Made by a program: the position numbers and the translations under genes. From Escherichia coli (GTDB lineage: Bacteria; Pseudomonadota; Gammaproteobacteria; Enterobacterales; Enterobacteriaceae), in NCBI RefSeq assembly GCF_030013205.1, contig NZ_CP122648.1: a stretch of DNA of 64,000 nt; one strand, given 5' to 3'. How positions within the stretch are numbered: position 1 is the stretch's first letter; each line of letters opens with the position of its first letter. Shown here piece by piece: positions 34,055-45,839 of the stretch. The notes under the pieces were generated by a model, which had not been told where the DNA came from, searched no databases, and saw nothing but the letters and a program-made list of their open reading frames with translations.

Positions 34055-34647
34055 AACACCTTCGCGAAATAGCCCGGGATGGTGGTTTTATCTTTCACCA
34101 GAATGCTGGTAATGCCTAGCTGATTAGCTCCTTCTATATTATCGGCGTTATCGTCGAAAAAGACCGTATCGCTGGGTGAAAAACCTTCCGCCTGCAAAAC
34201 ATGCTGGTAAATTCGTGCTTCAGGTTTGCGCATCCCCAGATCTTGCGACAGATAGATATGGTCAGCAGCATCACGAATTTCCGGGTATTCTTCCGGCCAG
34301 AAGGTGGTATGCAGGCGGTTGGTATTGGAAAGCACCACCACGCGATGCCCCTGCTCACGCAGTTTATGCATGATGGCGATCACTTCCGGGCGCAGCGCAA
34401 CAAACACCGCCTGCCAGCCGTGAGAGAACTGCTCATAGCTTAGCGGTAGAGCCATCTCATGACACAGCGCCTCTGCGAACGCTTCGTCGCTAATTTCCCC
34501 ACGCTCATGCTGATGAAACGCCTCGCCCATGTGGAAACTCTTCTTAAGCGTAGCCAGTGGAACACGCGTTAAATCGCTCCAGGCACCCAGCACACGGTTA
34601 AAGTCGATATCGACAATCACATTACCTAAATCAAAGATATAGAGCAT
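34048..34647 (-). CDS. yihX: HAD-family alpha-D-glucose-1-phosphate phosphatase YihX (199 aa)
   Basis: [16 protein letters not shown]... with the HAD DxG motif; ATG at 34647 preceded by a strong GGAGG. Confidence 0.85.
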
Positions 34648-34745
34648 TTTTGCCTCCTTTCGCGCCACAAGAAATTAACTGTAGCGGGAAAGGATAGGTT
34701 TGGCTATGTGGTCAGGTATGAAGCAAGGTCAACGGTCACAAAATT

Positions 34746-35531
34746 CTACGCGTCTTCCTGGGGAAGGATGATTTCAATTTGGCTGTCTTGTAAGCGTGAT
34801 TTTAGCGCAGCGGGCGGCAGCTCGTCGGTAAAGAGCGCAGTGACCTGTGCCACGTTACCAATTTCAACCGCCGCCGAAGCATGATACTTAGTGTGATCGG
34901 CGACCAGCAGAATATTTCTCGCGTGCGCCATCATCGTTTTCACCACGTTAGCTTCGTTAACATCAAACTCCATCAACGCGCCATCGCTCTCAATCGCCCC
35001 AACGCTTGTTACCAGATAATCAGCACGAAAATCAGCCACAAAGGACGCCGCTGAAGGGCCAATGATCCCGCTATTATGAGAGCGCAACGTACCGCCGGGC
35101 ACCATCACTTCAAAGCGCGGGTTGTGGTAAAGAATATGCGCCACACGCAGGCTGTTGGTGATTATCCGCAAATGATTGTGGTTAAGTAACGCCCGGGCAA
35201 CATGTTCAACAGTCGTACCGATGGTGATAAATATTGTCGATCCATCAGGAATATAGTCTGCCACCGCTTCGGCAATCGCTTTTTTCTCTTCAGTTTGCGA
35301 AACCTCACGCTGCTCAAACGCCGTATTAACGACGCTGGAGGCCCGACCCGCGCCACCGTGATGGCGCGTGATCAGCCCTTGCTCGCTTAATTTACGAATA
35401 TCCCGGCGGACCGTCTGCGTGGAGACATCCAGCAGATTTGCCAGCTCATCAATATTCATATACCCACGCTCGGCGATCAGCATGAGGAGTTGGTCGTGCC
35501 GCGGGTTACCGGTTAGTTCGGTAAGGCTCAT
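34746..35531 (-). CDS. yihW: DeoR-family repressor of the sulfoquinovose cluster YihW/CsqR (261 aa)
   Basis: N-terminal DeoR HTH (..IDELANLLDVSTQTVRRDIRKL..) plus C-terminal sugar-phosphate sensor domain. Confidence 0.85.
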   Translation of the reverse strand: MSLTELTGNPRHDQLLMLIAERGYMNIDELANLLDVSTQTVRRDIRKLSEQGLITRHHGGAGRASSVVNTAFEQREVSQTEEKKAIAEAVADYIPDGSTIFITIGTTVEHVARALLNHNHLRIITNSLRVAHILYHNPRFEVMVPGGTLRSHNSGIIGPSAASFVADFRADYLVTSVGAIESDGALMEFDVNEANVVKTMMAHARNILLVADHTKYHASAAVEIGNVAQVTALFTDELPPAALKSRLQDSQIEIILPQEDA

Positions 35532-35564
35532 GAAAATTCCTCGAAAAACCATCACCCTGACATT

Positions 35565-36461
35565 TTATACAAAAAGTGACAAAAAAGATCGGGTTTGATC
35601 ACAGTCAGGGATCCCGGCTCGTCCACCGGGACGCGTGCATTTCAACGCCGCTACACCGCTGGCGAAGCGGACTGACTCCGCTAAATCCCCATCTGTTGCC
35701 AGCGCCACCGCCAATGCGCCGTGAAAAACATCACCCGCACCGGTGGTATCTACCACATCAACTTTGAAGGCCGGTTGATGTTGACGCCCGCCATTTTCCA
35801 GCCAGTCACAGCCTGCGCTGCCCTGGGTCACATAGACATGACCATTTGTGAGCGTTTGTGCCTGTTTTAGCGCACTGGCCATCTCTTTCACGCCCGTTAA
35901 GCGTGCCAGACCCGGTTCTGAAAAGGCCGCGTGATCGCTTAATGCCACCAGCTCGCTGATGTCCTGCGGCGTAATGTCCCCGTCCAGAACGGTCATCACG
36001 CCCGCCTGCCGGGCCAGAGTGAAGGCTTTTTTAGCACCGTCGTGCCAGCGTACATCTGCCAGCACAACATCCCACTGAGAGAAATCAATTTCCTCCAACC
36101 ACTCTGCGTCAGGCAGCAGGTCCGGGCTGGGGTAGTTAATGATTATCCGCTCGCCTTTGGCATCCACCATGATGGCGGATTGCGAAGATTTCGCCTGGTT
36201 ATACCGTTTGGTGTAACGGGTGTTAACGCCCCAGGATTCCAGCTCTGCCAGCAGGCTGTTGCCCGTGTCGTCATCACCTACGCGACCAATAAAATCAACC
36301 TGCGCCCCCAGCCTTGCCGCCGCAACCGCTGCCGTCGCCGCTGGCCCGCCACCAACTTCCGTATAATTTCTCGCCACGTATTTACCGCTCTCCGTCGGTA
36401 ATCCTTCCACGTAATAAATACGATCCATCACGGTAATACCTACACAAGCAACACGAATCAT
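35565..36461 (-). CDS. yihV: 6-deoxy-6-sulfofructose kinase YihV (298 aa)
   Basis: PfkB/ribokinase-family ORF (GxGD near the C-terminus: DTTGAGDVFHGAL). Confidence 0.85.
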   Translation of the reverse strand: MIRVACVGITVMDRIYYVEGLPTESGKYVARNYTEVGGGPAATAAVAAARLGAQVDFIGRVGDDDTGNSLLAELESWGVNTRYTKRYNQAKSSQSAIMVDAKGERIIINYPSPDLLPDAEWLEEIDFSQWDVVLADVRWHDGAKKAFTLARQAGVMTVLDGDITPQDISELVALSDHAAFSEPGLARLTGVKEMASALKQAQTLTNGHVYVTQGSAGCDWLENGGRQHQPAFKVDVVDTTGAGDVFHGALAVALATDGDLAESVRFASGVAALKCTRPGGRAGIPDCDQTRSFLSLFV

Positions 36462-36628
36462 GGTCATTCCTTAAGCATTTTGGGATGCGTTCATTTTAAT
36501 TTCACCAATTGTTTAAAAAGTGACGGCTGTCAATTTTTTGACGATAACTTACAAATACGATCAAAAACAGACAAGCAAAGCATGTCATAAATGACAAAAA
36601 GTGACATTACTGTATTCAGGAGAGGGTT

Positions 36629-37525
36629 ATGGCAGCAATCGCGTTTATCGGTTTAGGACAAATGGGTTCGCCAATGGCGAGCAATTTATTGCAGCAAGGG
36701 CATCAACTTCGCGTCTTTGATGTGAACGCCGAAGCTGTGCGGCATCTGGTAGACAAAGGTGCGACTCCCGCCGCCAACCCGGCGCAGGCCGCTAAAGATG
36801 CCGAATTTATCATTACCATGTTGCCGAATGGCGATCTGGTGCGCAGCGTGTTGTTCGGTGAAAACGGCGTTTGCGAAAGCTTATCTACCGATGCGCTGGT
36901 CATCGATATGTCGACCATCCATCCGCTGCAAACCGATAAATTGATTGCCGATATGCAAGCCAAAGGCTTCAGCATGATGGATGTTCCGGTAGGCCGTACT
37001 TCTGCAAATGCCATTACCGGTACTCTGTTACTGCTGGCTGGCGGCACCGCTGAACAAGTTGAACGCGCCACACCGATCCTGATGGCGATGGGCAGTGAGT
37101 TGATCAACGCGGGCGGCCCGGGCATGGGGATCCGCGTTAAGCTCATCAACAACTACATGAGCATCGCGCTCAATGCGCTTTCGGCAGAAGCCGCCGTTTT
37201 GTGCGAAGCCCTGAATCTTCCCTTCGATGTTGCCGTCAAGGTGATGAGCGGCACCGCCGCCGGTAAAGGCCACTTCACCACTTCCTGGCCAAACAAAGTC
37301 CTCAGCGGGGATCTTTCTCCCGCCTTCATGATCGATCTTGCCCATAAGGATCTTGGTATCGCCCTTGATGTCGCCAACCAGCTGCATGTGCCAATGCCGC
37401 TGGGGGCCGCCTCACGGGAGGTTTATAGCCAGGCGCGCGCAGCGGGTCGCGGTCGCCAGGACTGGTCCGCCATTCTGGAACAGGTCCGTGTCAGTGCCGG
37501 GATGACTGCCAAAGTAAAAATGTAA
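36629..37525 (+). CDS. yihU: 3-sulfolactaldehyde reductase YihU (298 aa)
   Basis: N-terminal Rossmann GLGQMG motif of beta-hydroxyacid dehydrogenases. Confidence 0.85.
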   Translation: MAAIAFIGLGQMGSPMASNLLQQGHQLRVFDVNAEAVRHLVDKGATPAANPAQAAKDAEFIITMLPNGDLVRSVLFGENGVCESLSTDALVIDMSTIHPLQTDKLIADMQAKGFSMMDVPVGRTSANAITGTLLLLAGGTAEQVERATPILMAMGSELINAGGPGMGIRVKLINNYMSIALNALSAEAAVLCEALNLPFDVAVKVMSGTAAGKGHFTTSWPNKVLSGDLSPAFMIDLAHKDLGIALDVANQLHVPMPLGAASREVYSQARAAGRGRQDWSAILEQVRVSAGMTAKVKM

Positions 37526-37548
37526 CGACTGGATAAAGGAATAAATGA

Positions 37549-38427
37549 ATGAATAAGTACACCATCAACGACATTACACGCGCATCGGGCGGTTTTGCCA
37601 TGCTGGCGGTCGATCAACGCGAAGCCATGCGCATGATGTTTGCCGCGGCTGGGGCACCCGCTCCAGTAGCCGATAGCGTTTTAACTGATTTCAAAGTTAA
37701 CGCTGCAAAGGCCCTCTCGCCTTATGCCTCGGCGATTCTGGTGGATCAGCAATTCTGTTACCGCCAGGTGGTTGAGCAAAACGCGATTGCCAAAAGTTGC
37801 GCCATGATTGTCGCCGCCGATGAGTTCATTCCTGGCAACGGTATTCCGGTAGATAGCGTGGTCATTGACCGCAGAATCAATCCGCTACAAATCAAACAAG
37901 ACGGTGGCAAAGCCTTAAAACTGCTGGTGCTGTGGCGTAGTGATGAAGATGCGCAGCAACGTCTGGATATGGTGAAAGAGTTTAACGAACTGTGCCACTC
38001 ACACGGCCTGGTAAGCATTATTGAGCCAGTCGTCCGCCCACCACGTCGTGGCGATAAATTCGATCGCGAACAAGCGATCATTGATGCCGCCAAAGAACTG
38101 GGCGACAGTGGCGCTGACCTCTACAAAGTTGAAATGCCGCTTTACGGTAAAGGTCCGCAACAAGAGCTTCTCAGTGCTTCACAACGTCTGAATGACCATA
38201 TCAATATGCCGTGGGTGATACTTTCTTCCGGTGTCGACGAAAAACTGTTCCCGCGTGCCGTACGCGTGGCAATGACAGCGGGTGCATCGGGCTTCCTGGC
38301 TGGTCGTGCCGTCTGGGCATCGGTTGTCGGTTTACCAGACAACGAGCTGATGCTGCGTGACGTTTGCGCACCGAAATTACAACAACTTGGCGATATCGTC
38401 GACGAAATGATGGCTAAACGCCGTTAA
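37549..38427 (+). CDS. yihT: 6-deoxy-6-sulfofructose-1-phosphate aldolase YihT (292 aa)
   Basis: Class I aldolase-like ORF in conserved position between yihU and yihS. Confidence 0.85.
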   Translation: MNKYTINDITRASGGFAMLAVDQREAMRMMFAAAGAPAPVADSVLTDFKVNAAKALSPYASAILVDQQFCYRQVVEQNAIAKSCAMIVAADEFIPGNGIPVDSVVIDRRINPLQIKQDGGKALKLLVLWRSDEDAQQRLDMVKEFNELCHSHGLVSIIEPVVRPPRRGDKFDREQAIIDAAKELGDSGADLYKVEMPLYGKGPQQELLSASQRLNDHINMPWVILSSGVDEKLFPRAVRVAMTAGASGFLAGRAVWASVVGLPDNELMLRDVCAPKLQQLGDIVDEMMAKRR

Positions 38428-38442
38428 GATGGGGATACAAAA

Positions 38443-39684
38443 ATGAAATGGTTTAACACCTTAAGTCACAACCGTTGGCTGGAACAGGAAACCGACCGCA
38501 TCTTTGATTTTGGTAAAAATTCCGTAGTACCGACCGGATTTGGCTGGTTAGGCAATAAAGGGCAAATCAAAGAAGAGATGGGCACCCATCTGTGGATCAC
38601 CGCTCGTATGTTGCACGTTTATTCCGTTGCTGCGGCGATGGGTCGACCTGGCGCTTACTCGTTGGTTGATCACGGTATCAAAGCCATGAACGGCGCACTG
38701 CGCGATAAAAAATATGGCGGTTGGTATGCCTGCGTGAATGACGAGGGCGTGGTGGATGCCTCCAAACAGGGCTATCAACACTTCTTTGCTCTGCTGGGTG
38801 CTGCCAGCGCCGTCACTACCGGTCACCCGGAAGCCCGTAAACTTCTCGATTACGCCATTGAAATTATTGAGAAATACTTCTGGAGCGAAGAAGAGCAGAT
38901 GTGCCTGGAGTCCTGGGACGAAGCCTTCAGCAAAACCGAAGAGTACCGCGGCGGCAATGCCAACATGCACGCGGTGGAAGCCTTCCTGATTGTCTATGAC
39001 GTCACCCATGACAAAAAATGGCTGGATCGCGCGATTCGCGTGGCTTCCGTGATTATCCACGACGTCGCCAGAAATAATCATTATCGCGTTAACGAGCACT
39101 TCGATACCCAGTGGAATCCGCTGCCGGATTACAACAAAGATAACCCGGCGCACCGCTTCCGCGCATTCGGTGGCACGCCGGGCCACTGGATCGAATGGGG
39201 CCGTTTAATGCTGCACATCCACGCGGCCCTGGAAGCCCGTTGTGAACAGCCGCCTGCCTGGCTGCTAGAAGATGCCAAAGGTCTATTTAACGCCACCGTG
39301 CGCGATGCCTGGGCACCCGATGGCGCGGACGGGATTGTTTATACCGTTGACTGGGAAGGCAAACCGGTGGTTCGCGAACGTGTGCGTTGGCCTATCGTCG
39401 AAGCGATGGGTACGGCTTACGCGCTCTACACCGTCACCGGCGATCGCCAGTATGAAACCTGGTATCAGACATGGTGGGACTACTGCATTAAGTACCTGAT
39501 GGACTATGAAAATGGTTCCTGGTGGCAGGAGCTGGATGCGGACAATAAAGTCACCACGAAAGTCTGGGACGGCAAACAGGATATTTATCACCTGCTGCAT
39601 TGCCTGGTGATCCCGCGTATCCCGTTAGCGCCAGGCCTGGCTCCGGCGGTTGCAGCGGGCCTGCTGGACATTAACGCGAAATAA
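38443..39684 (+). CDS. yihS: Sulfoquinovose isomerase YihS (413 aa)
   Basis: 413-aa AGE/epimerase-family (alpha6/alpha6 barrel) ORF. Confidence 0.85.
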   Translation: MKWFNTLSHNRWLEQETDRIFDFGKNSVVPTGFGWLGNKGQIKEEMGTHLWITARMLHVYSVAAAMGRPGAYSLVDHGIKAMNGALRDKKYGGWYACVNDEGVVDASKQGYQHFFALLGAASAVTTGHPEARKLLDYAIEIIEKYFWSEEEQMCLESWDEAFSKTEEYRGGNANMHAVEAFLIVYDVTHDKKWLDRAIRVASVIIHDVARNNHYRVNEHFDTQWNPLPDYNKDNPAHRFRAFGGTPGHWIEWGRLMLHIHAALEARCEQPPAWLLEDAKGLFNATVRDAWAPDGADGIVYTVDWEGKPVVRERVRWPIVEAMGTAYALYTVTGDRQYETWYQTWWDYCIKYLMDYENGSWWQELDADNKVTTKVWDGKQDIYHLLHCLVIPRIPLAPGLAPAVAAGLLDINAK

Positions 39685-39751
39685 CTGAGCTGAAATAACG
39701 GCATATCAGGCTACATGCCGGGTATGTCGTTATTCAATAAAGGTGCCTCGT

Positions 39752-40654
39752 ATGCAAATCACCAACATGCATTGCAGTGGACAAACCGTTTCACTTGCCG
39801 CGGGGGATTATCACGCGACTATCGTGACGGTTGGTGCTGGTCTGGCTGAATTAACTTTTCAGGGTTGTCATTTAGTCATCCCACACAAACCCGAAGAGAT
39901 GCCGCTGGCGCATCTGGGTAAAGTGCTTATTCCGTGGCCGAACCGGATCGCCAACGGCTGTTATCGCTATCAGGGGCAGGACTATCAGTTACCCATTAAT
40001 GAACATAGTTCAAAAGCCGCTATTCACGGGCTGCTTGCCTGGCGTGACTGGCAAATTAGCGAATTAACCGCCACCAGCGTTACCCTGACAGCTTTTCTGC
40101 CGCCCAGTTACGGCTATCCGTTTATGCTGGCTTCACAAGTTGTTTATTCGCTCAATGCACGCACGGGTCTTTCCGTTGAGATCGCAAGCCAGAATATTGG
40201 TACTGTGACCGCACCTTATGGTGTGGGTATTCATCCTTATTTAACCTGCAACTTAACATCTGTTGATGACTATCTTTTCCAGCTTCCGGCAGAACAGGTT
40301 TATGCCGTCGATGAGCACGCAAATCCGACAACGCTTCACCACGTTGATGAGTTGGATTTAAATTTCACGCAGGCGAAAAAAATAGCCGCGACAAAAATCG
40401 ACCACACCTTTAAAACCGCTAATGATCTGTGGGAAATGACCATTACCCATCCACAGCATTTGCTTTCGGTGAGCCTCTGTTCCGATCAACCCTGGGTGCA
40501 GGTTTATAGCGGTGAAAAATTACAGCGTCAGGGACTGGCAGTTGAACCTATGAGTTGCCCGCCTGATGCGTTTAATTCCGGCACCGATTTAATATTACTG
40601 CAACCCGGAAAAACACACCGCCTGTTTTTTAATATTTACGGACAGAGAAAATAA
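39752..40654 (+). CDS. yihR: Aldose-1-epimerase-like sulfoquinovose mutarotase YihR (about 300 aa)
   Basis: Mutarotase-family ORF; ATG at 39752 preceded by AAAGGTG; start not certain. Confidence 0.8.
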   Translation: MQITNMHCSGQTVSLAAGDYHATIVTVGAGLAELTFQGCHLVIPHKPEEMPLAHLGKVLIPWPNRIANGCYRYQGQDYQLPINEHSSKAAIHGLLAWRDWQISELTATSVTLTAFLPPSYGYPFMLASQVVYSLNARTGLSVEIASQNIGTVTAPYGVGIHPYLTCNLTSVDDYLFQLPAEQVYAVDEHANPTTLHHVDELDLNFTQAKKIAATKIDHTFKTANDLWEMTITHPQHLLSVSLCSDQPWVQVYSGEKLQRQGLAVEPMSCPPDAFNSGTDLILLQPGKTHRLFFNIYGQRK

Positions 40655-40858
40655 CTTGTATTGATTAGCAGTCAAAATCATTGAAGAACATTTCACTCGC
40701 TAAAGGCAACGTTATGTATCATCAATTTATTAAGTTAAAAACAGCTCAGCTTCTTTAAAGTTTATATATATCAGTTTTATGAGAATCATTTTACATAAGC
40801 CTGTAATAACAATAACAGGAAGGAAACAACCTCGTTCTCAACTCTATGGAGATTATTT

Positions 40859-42895
40859 ATGGATACGCCACGCCCACAGTTATTAGATTTTCAATTTCAT
40901 CAGAATAACGACAGTCTTACCCTACGTTTTCAGGGCCGTCTTATTTTAACCCATAGTAAAGATAATCCTTGTTTATGGATTGGCTCAGGTATAGCGGATA
41001 TCGATATGTTCCGCGGTAATTTCAGCATTAAAGATAAATTGCAGGAGAAGATTGCGCTCACCGACGCTACCGTCAGCCAGTCACCGGATGGCTGGTTAAT
41101 CCATTTCAGCCGTGGTTCTGACATTAGCGCCACGCTGCGTATCTCTGCCGACGAACAGGGCCGTTTATTGCTGGAACTACAAAACGACAACCTTAACCAC
41201 AACCGTATCTGGCTGCGCCTTGCCGCTCAACCAGAGGACCATATCTACGGCTGCGGTGAACAATTCTCCTACTTTGATCTGCGCGGCAAACCGTTCCCGC
41301 TATGGACCAGTGAACAAGGCGTTGGTCGCAACAAGCAAACCTATGTCACCTGGCAGGCCGACTGCAAAGAGAACGCGGGCGGCGACTATTACTGGACTTT
41401 CTTCCCACAGCCTACGTTTGTCAGCACGCAGAAGTATTACTGCCATGTTGATAACAGTTGCTACATGAACTTCGACTTTAGCGCCCCGGAATACCATGAA
41501 CTGGCGCTGTGGGAAGACAAAGCAACGCTGCGTTTTGAATGTGCTGATACATACATCTCCCTGCTGGAAAAATTAACTGCCCTGCTGGGACGCCAGCCAG
41601 AACTGCCCGACTGGATTTATGACGGGGTAACGCTCGGCATTCAGGGCGGGACGGAAGTGTGTCAGAAGAAACTGGACACCATGCGTAACGCGGGTGTGAA
41701 GGTTAACGGCATCTGGGCGCAGGACTGGTCCGGGATCCGTATGACCTCTTTTGGCAAACGCGTAATGTGGAACTGGAAGTGGAACAGCGAAAACTATCCG
41801 CAACTGGACTCACGTATTAAGCAGTGGAACAAAGAGGGCGTGCAGTTCCTGGCCTATATCAACCCGTATGTAGCCAGCGATAAAGATCTCTGCGAAGAGG
41901 CGGCAAAGCGCGGTTATCTGGCAAAAGATGCCTCTGGCGGCGACTATCTGGTGGAGTTTGGCGAGTTCTATGGCGGCGTTGTCGATCTCACCAATCCAGA
42001 AGCCTACGCCTGGTTCAAGGAAGTGATCAAAAAGAACATGATTGAACTTGGCTGCGGCGGCTGGATGGCTGACTTCGGCGAGTATCTGCCCACCGACACG
42101 TACCTGCATAACGGCGTCAGCGCGGAAATTATGCATAACGCCTGGCCCGCGCTGTGGGCGAAATGTAACTACGAAGCCCTTGAAGAAACGGGCAAGCTCG
42201 GCGAGATCCTCTTCTTTATGCGCGCCGGTTCTACCGGTAGCCAGAAATACTCCACCATGATGTGGGCGGGCGACCAGAACGTCGACTGGAGTCTCGACGA
42301 TGGCCTGGCGTCGGTTGTCCCGGCGGCGCTGTCGCTGGCAATGACCGGACATGGCCTGCATCACAGCGACATTGGCGGTTACACCACCCTGTTTGAGATG
42401 AAGCGCAGCAAAGAGCTGCTGCTGCGCTGGTGCGATTTCAGCGCCTTCACGCCGATGATGCGCACCCACGAAGGTAACCGTCCTGGCGACAACTGGCAGT
42501 TTGACGGCGACGCGGAAACCATCGCCCATTTCGCCCGTATGACCACCGTCTTCACCACCCTGAAACCTTATCTGAAAGAGGCCGTCGCGCTGAATGCGAA
42601 GTCCGGTCTGCCGGTCATGCGCCCGCTGTTCCTGCATTACGAAGACGATGCGCACACTTACACCCTGAAATATCAGTACCTGTTAGGTCGCGACATTCTG
42701 GTCGCTCCGGTGCATGAAGAAGGCCGTAGCGACTGGACGCTCTATCTGCCGGAGGATAACTGGGTTCACGTCTGGACGGGTGAAGCGTTCCGGGGCGGGG
42801 AAGTTACCGTTAATGCGCCCATCGGCAAGCCGCCGGTCTTTTATCGCGCCGATAGCGAATGGGCGGCACTGTTCGCGTCGTTAAAAAGCATCTAA
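40859..42895 (+). CDS. yihQ: Sulfoquinovosidase YihQ (GH31 family, 678 aa)
   Basis: 678-aa glycoside hydrolase family 31 ORF (catalytic region ..GIWAQDWSG.. / ..WMADFGEYLP..). Confidence 0.9.
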   Translation: MDTPRPQLLDFQFHQNNDSLTLRFQGRLILTHSKDNPCLWIGSGIADIDMFRGNFSIKDKLQEKIALTDATVSQSPDGWLIHFSRGSDISATLRISADEQGRLLLELQNDNLNHNRIWLRLAAQPEDHIYGCGEQFSYFDLRGKPFPLWTSEQGVGRNKQTYVTWQADCKENAGGDYYWTFFPQPTFVSTQKYYCHVDNSCYMNFDFSAPEYHELALWEDKATLRFECADTYISLLEKLTALLGRQPELPDWIYDGVTLGIQGGTEVCQKKLDTMRNAGVKVNGIWAQDWSGIRMTSFGKRVMWNWKWNSENYPQLDSRIKQWNKEGVQFLAYINPYVASDKDLCEEAAKRGYLAKDASGGDYLVEFGEFYGGVVDLTNPEAYAWFKEVIKKNMIELGCGGWMADFGEYLPTDTYLHNGVSAEIMHNAWPALWAKCNYEALEETGKLGEILFFMRAGSTGSQKYSTMMWAGDQNVDWSLDDGLASVVPAALSLAMTGHGLHHSDIGGYTTLFEMKRSKELLLRWCDFSAFTPMMRTHEGNRPGDNWQFDGDAETIAHFARMTTVFTTLKPYLKEAVALNAKSGLPVMRPLFLHYEDDAHTYTLKYQYLLGRDILVAPVHEEGRSDWTLYLPEDNWVHVWTGEAFRGGEVTVNAPIGKPPVFYRADSEWAALFASLKSI

Positions 42896-42940
42896 TCACA
42901 TCCGCCCGTGGGGAAACTCATGGGCAAAGGGAGAACATCG

Positions 42941-44326
42941 ATGAGTCACATCACAACGGAAGATCCAGCAACTTTACGCCTGCCCTTTAAAGAGAAACTC
43001 TCTTACGGTATCGGCGATCTGGCCTCTAACATCCTGCTGGATATTGGTACGCTTTATCTTTTGAAGTTTTATACCGACGTTCTGGGGCTACCTGGTACCT
43101 ATGGCGGCATTATCTTTTTGATCTCGAAATTCTTTACCGCCTTTACCGATATGGGAACCGGCATCATGTTGGATTCCCGACGCAAGATCGGTCCAAAAGG
43201 TAAGTTCCGTCCTTTTATTCTGTATGCGTCATTCCCGGTCACCTTACTGGCGATCGCCAACTTTGTCGGCACACCGTTTGATGTCACCGGTAAAACGGTG
43301 ATGGCCACTATTCTGTTTATGCTTTACGGACTGTTTTTCAGCATGATGAACTGCTCCTACGGCGCAATGGTCCCCGCTATCACCAAAAACCCCAACGAAC
43401 GCGCCTCACTGGCGGCATGGCGTCAGGGCGGCGCTACGCTGGGCCTGCTGCTGTGCACGGTGGGATTCGTGCCGGTTATGAATCTTATCGAGGGGAATCA
43501 GCAACTTGGCTATATCTTCGCCGCCACGCTGTTTTCACTGTTCGGCCTGCTGTTTATGTGGATCTGCTACTCGGGCGTGAAAGAGCGTTATGTCGAAACC
43601 CAACCTGCTAATCCGGCGCAAAAGCCTGGCCTGTTGCAATCTTTCCGCGCAATTGCCGGTAACCGCCCGCTGTTCATTCTGTGTATTGCTAACCTCTGCA
43701 CCTTAGGGGCGTTTAACGTCAAGCTCGCCATTCAGGTTTATTACACCCAGTACGTGCTTAACGATCCCATCCTGTTGTCATATATGGGATTTTTCAGCAT
43801 GGGCTGTATTTTCATCGGCGTGTTCCTGATGCCTGGCGCAGTCAGACGTTTTGGTAAGAAGAAGGTCTATATCGGCGGCCTGCTGATTTGGGTGCTTGGC
43901 GATCTGCTCAACTATTTCTTTGGCGGCGGTTCGGTCAGCTTCGTGACGTTCTCCTGCCTGGCATTCTTCGGCTCAGCGTTTGTTAACAGCCTGAACTGGG
44001 CGCTGGTTTCCGACACCGTGGAATATGGCGAATGGCGCACCGGCGTGCGTTCGGAAGGGACGGTCTACACCGGTTTCACCTTCTTTCGCAAAGTTTCTCA
44101 GGCGCTGGCTGGTTTCTTCCCCGGCTGGATGCTGACGCAAATCGGCTATGTGCCGAACGTCGCACAGGCTGACCACACCATTGAAGGGTTGCGCCAGCTG
44201 ATCTTCATCTACCCAAGCGCACTGGCAGTAGTCACCATTGTGGCGATGGGTTGCTTCTACAGTCTGAACGAGAAGATGTACGTCCGCATTGTTGAAGAGA
44301 TAGAAGCCCGTAAACGCACGGCGTAA
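42941..44326 (+). CDS. yihP: GPH-family sodium:solute symporter YihP (461 aa)
   Basis: Polytopic glycoside-pentoside-hexuronide-type transporter; ATG at 42941 with AAGGGAGAA Shine-Dalgarno. Confidence 0.85.
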   Translation: MSHITTEDPATLRLPFKEKLSYGIGDLASNILLDIGTLYLLKFYTDVLGLPGTYGGIIFLISKFFTAFTDMGTGIMLDSRRKIGPKGKFRPFILYASFPVTLLAIANFVGTPFDVTGKTVMATILFMLYGLFFSMMNCSYGAMVPAITKNPNERASLAAWRQGGATLGLLLCTVGFVPVMNLIEGNQQLGYIFAATLFSLFGLLFMWICYSGVKERYVETQPANPAQKPGLLQSFRAIAGNRPLFILCIANLCTLGAFNVKLAIQVYYTQYVLNDPILLSYMGFFSMGCIFIGVFLMPGAVRRFGKKKVYIGGLLIWVLGDLLNYFFGGGSVSFVTFSCLAFFGSAFVNSLNWALVSDTVEYGEWRTGVRSEGTVYTGFTFFRKVSQALAGFFPGWMLTQIGYVPNVAQADHTIEGLRQLIFIYPSALAVVTIVAMGCFYSLNEKMYVRIVEEIEARKRTA

Positions 44327-44368
44327 TTATAATAAACAACGCCCTGCGGGGCGTTATAAGGAGTGATT

Positions 44369-45772
44369 ATGTCTGACCATAATCCACTGACATTAAGACT
44401 GAATCTGCGGGAAAAAATCACCTATGGTATGGGCGACGTCGGTTCGAATTTAATGCTCTGCATCGGTACTCTGTATCTCCTCAAATTTTATACCGATGAA
44501 TTAGGGATGCCTGCTTACTATGGCGGGATTATCTTTCTGGTGGCGAAGTTTTTTACCGCGTTTACCGATATGCTCACCGGATTTTTACTCGACTCGCGGA
44601 AAAATATTGGGCCTAAAGGCAAATTTCGTCCCTTTATTTTATATGCAGCGGTTCCGGCGGCGTTAATTGCAACGCTCCAGTTTATCGCCACCACCTTTAG
44701 TTTGCCGGTTAAAACGACGATTGCCACCGCACTGTTTATGATGTTTGGACTTTCATACAGTCTGATGAACTGCTCGTATGGTGCGATGATCCCGGCAATT
44801 ACCAAAAACCCGAATGAGCGCGCGCAGCTCGCGGCTTACCGCCAGGGTGGTGCAACCATAGGGCTATTGATTTGTACCGTGGCGTTTATTCCGTTGCAGT
44901 CGCTTTTTTCTGACTCCACCGTCGGTTATGCCTGCGCGGCACTGATGTTCTCCATTGGTGGCTTTATTTTTATGATGCTGTGCTACAGAGGCGTCAAAGA
45001 GCATTATGTGGACACGACGCCAACCGGACATAAAGCCAGTATTCTCAAATCTTTTTGCGCGATATTTCGTAATCCGCCATTGCTGGTTTTGTGCATTGCT
45101 AACCTGTGTACCCTGGCGGCATTTAATATCAAACTGGCGATTCAGGTCTATTACACCCAGTATGTGCTGAATGATATTAATTTATTGTCGTGGATGGGAT
45201 TTTTCAGTATGGGATGTATCCTCGTCGGCGTATTACTGGTGCCATTAACTGTAAAATGTTTTGGTAAAAAACAGGTTTATTTAGCTGGCATGGTGCTATG
45301 GGCGGTTGGTGATATCCTGAATTATTTCTGGGGAAGTAACTCTTTCACTTTCGTCATGTTCTCTTGTGTCGCCTTTTTTGGCACGGCCTTTGTAAACAGC
45401 CTGAACTGGGCACTGGTGCCAGATACCGTAGATTACGGTGAATGGAAAACCGGTATTCGTGCCGAAGGTTCTGTTTATACCGGTTATACCTTCTTTCGTA
45501 AAATTTCTGCCGCACTTGCTGGCTTCTTGCCAGGCATTATGCTGACGCAAATCGGTTATGTTCCCAACATCGCGCAAAGTGATGCGACATTACAGGGTTT
45601 GCGTCAGCTCATTTTTATCTGGCCTTGTGCACTGGCAATTATTGCTGCATTGACGATGGGATTCTTTTACACACTCAATGAAAAACGGTTTGCATTGATT
45701 ATTGAGGAAATCAACCAACGCAAAAATAAAGAGATGGCGACAGAAGAAAAAACGGCTTCCGTAACGTTATAA
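44369..45772 (+). CDS. yihO: GPH-family sulfoquinovose transporter YihO (467 aa)
   Basis: Paralog of yihP; ATG at 44369 preceded by AAGGAG. Confidence 0.85.
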   Translation: MSDHNPLTLRLNLREKITYGMGDVGSNLMLCIGTLYLLKFYTDELGMPAYYGGIIFLVAKFFTAFTDMLTGFLLDSRKNIGPKGKFRPFILYAAVPAALIATLQFIATTFSLPVKTTIATALFMMFGLSYSLMNCSYGAMIPAITKNPNERAQLAAYRQGGATIGLLICTVAFIPLQSLFSDSTVGYACAALMFSIGGFIFMMLCYRGVKEHYVDTTPTGHKASILKSFCAIFRNPPLLVLCIANLCTLAAFNIKLAIQVYYTQYVLNDINLLSWMGFFSMGCILVGVLLVPLTVKCFGKKQVYLAGMVLWAVGDILNYFWGSNSFTFVMFSCVAFFGTAFVNSLNWALVPDTVDYGEWKTGIRAEGSVYTGYTFFRKISAALAGFLPGIMLTQIGYVPNIAQSDATLQGLRQLIFIWPCALAIIAALTMGFFYTLNEKRFALIIEEINQRKNKEMATEEKTASVTL

Positions 45773-45839
45773 ATGTCAATAGCCGCTATTTCCATCCTGG
45801 TGGGTGGCGGCCTCCCTACGTTTAAAAAATGGACTTATT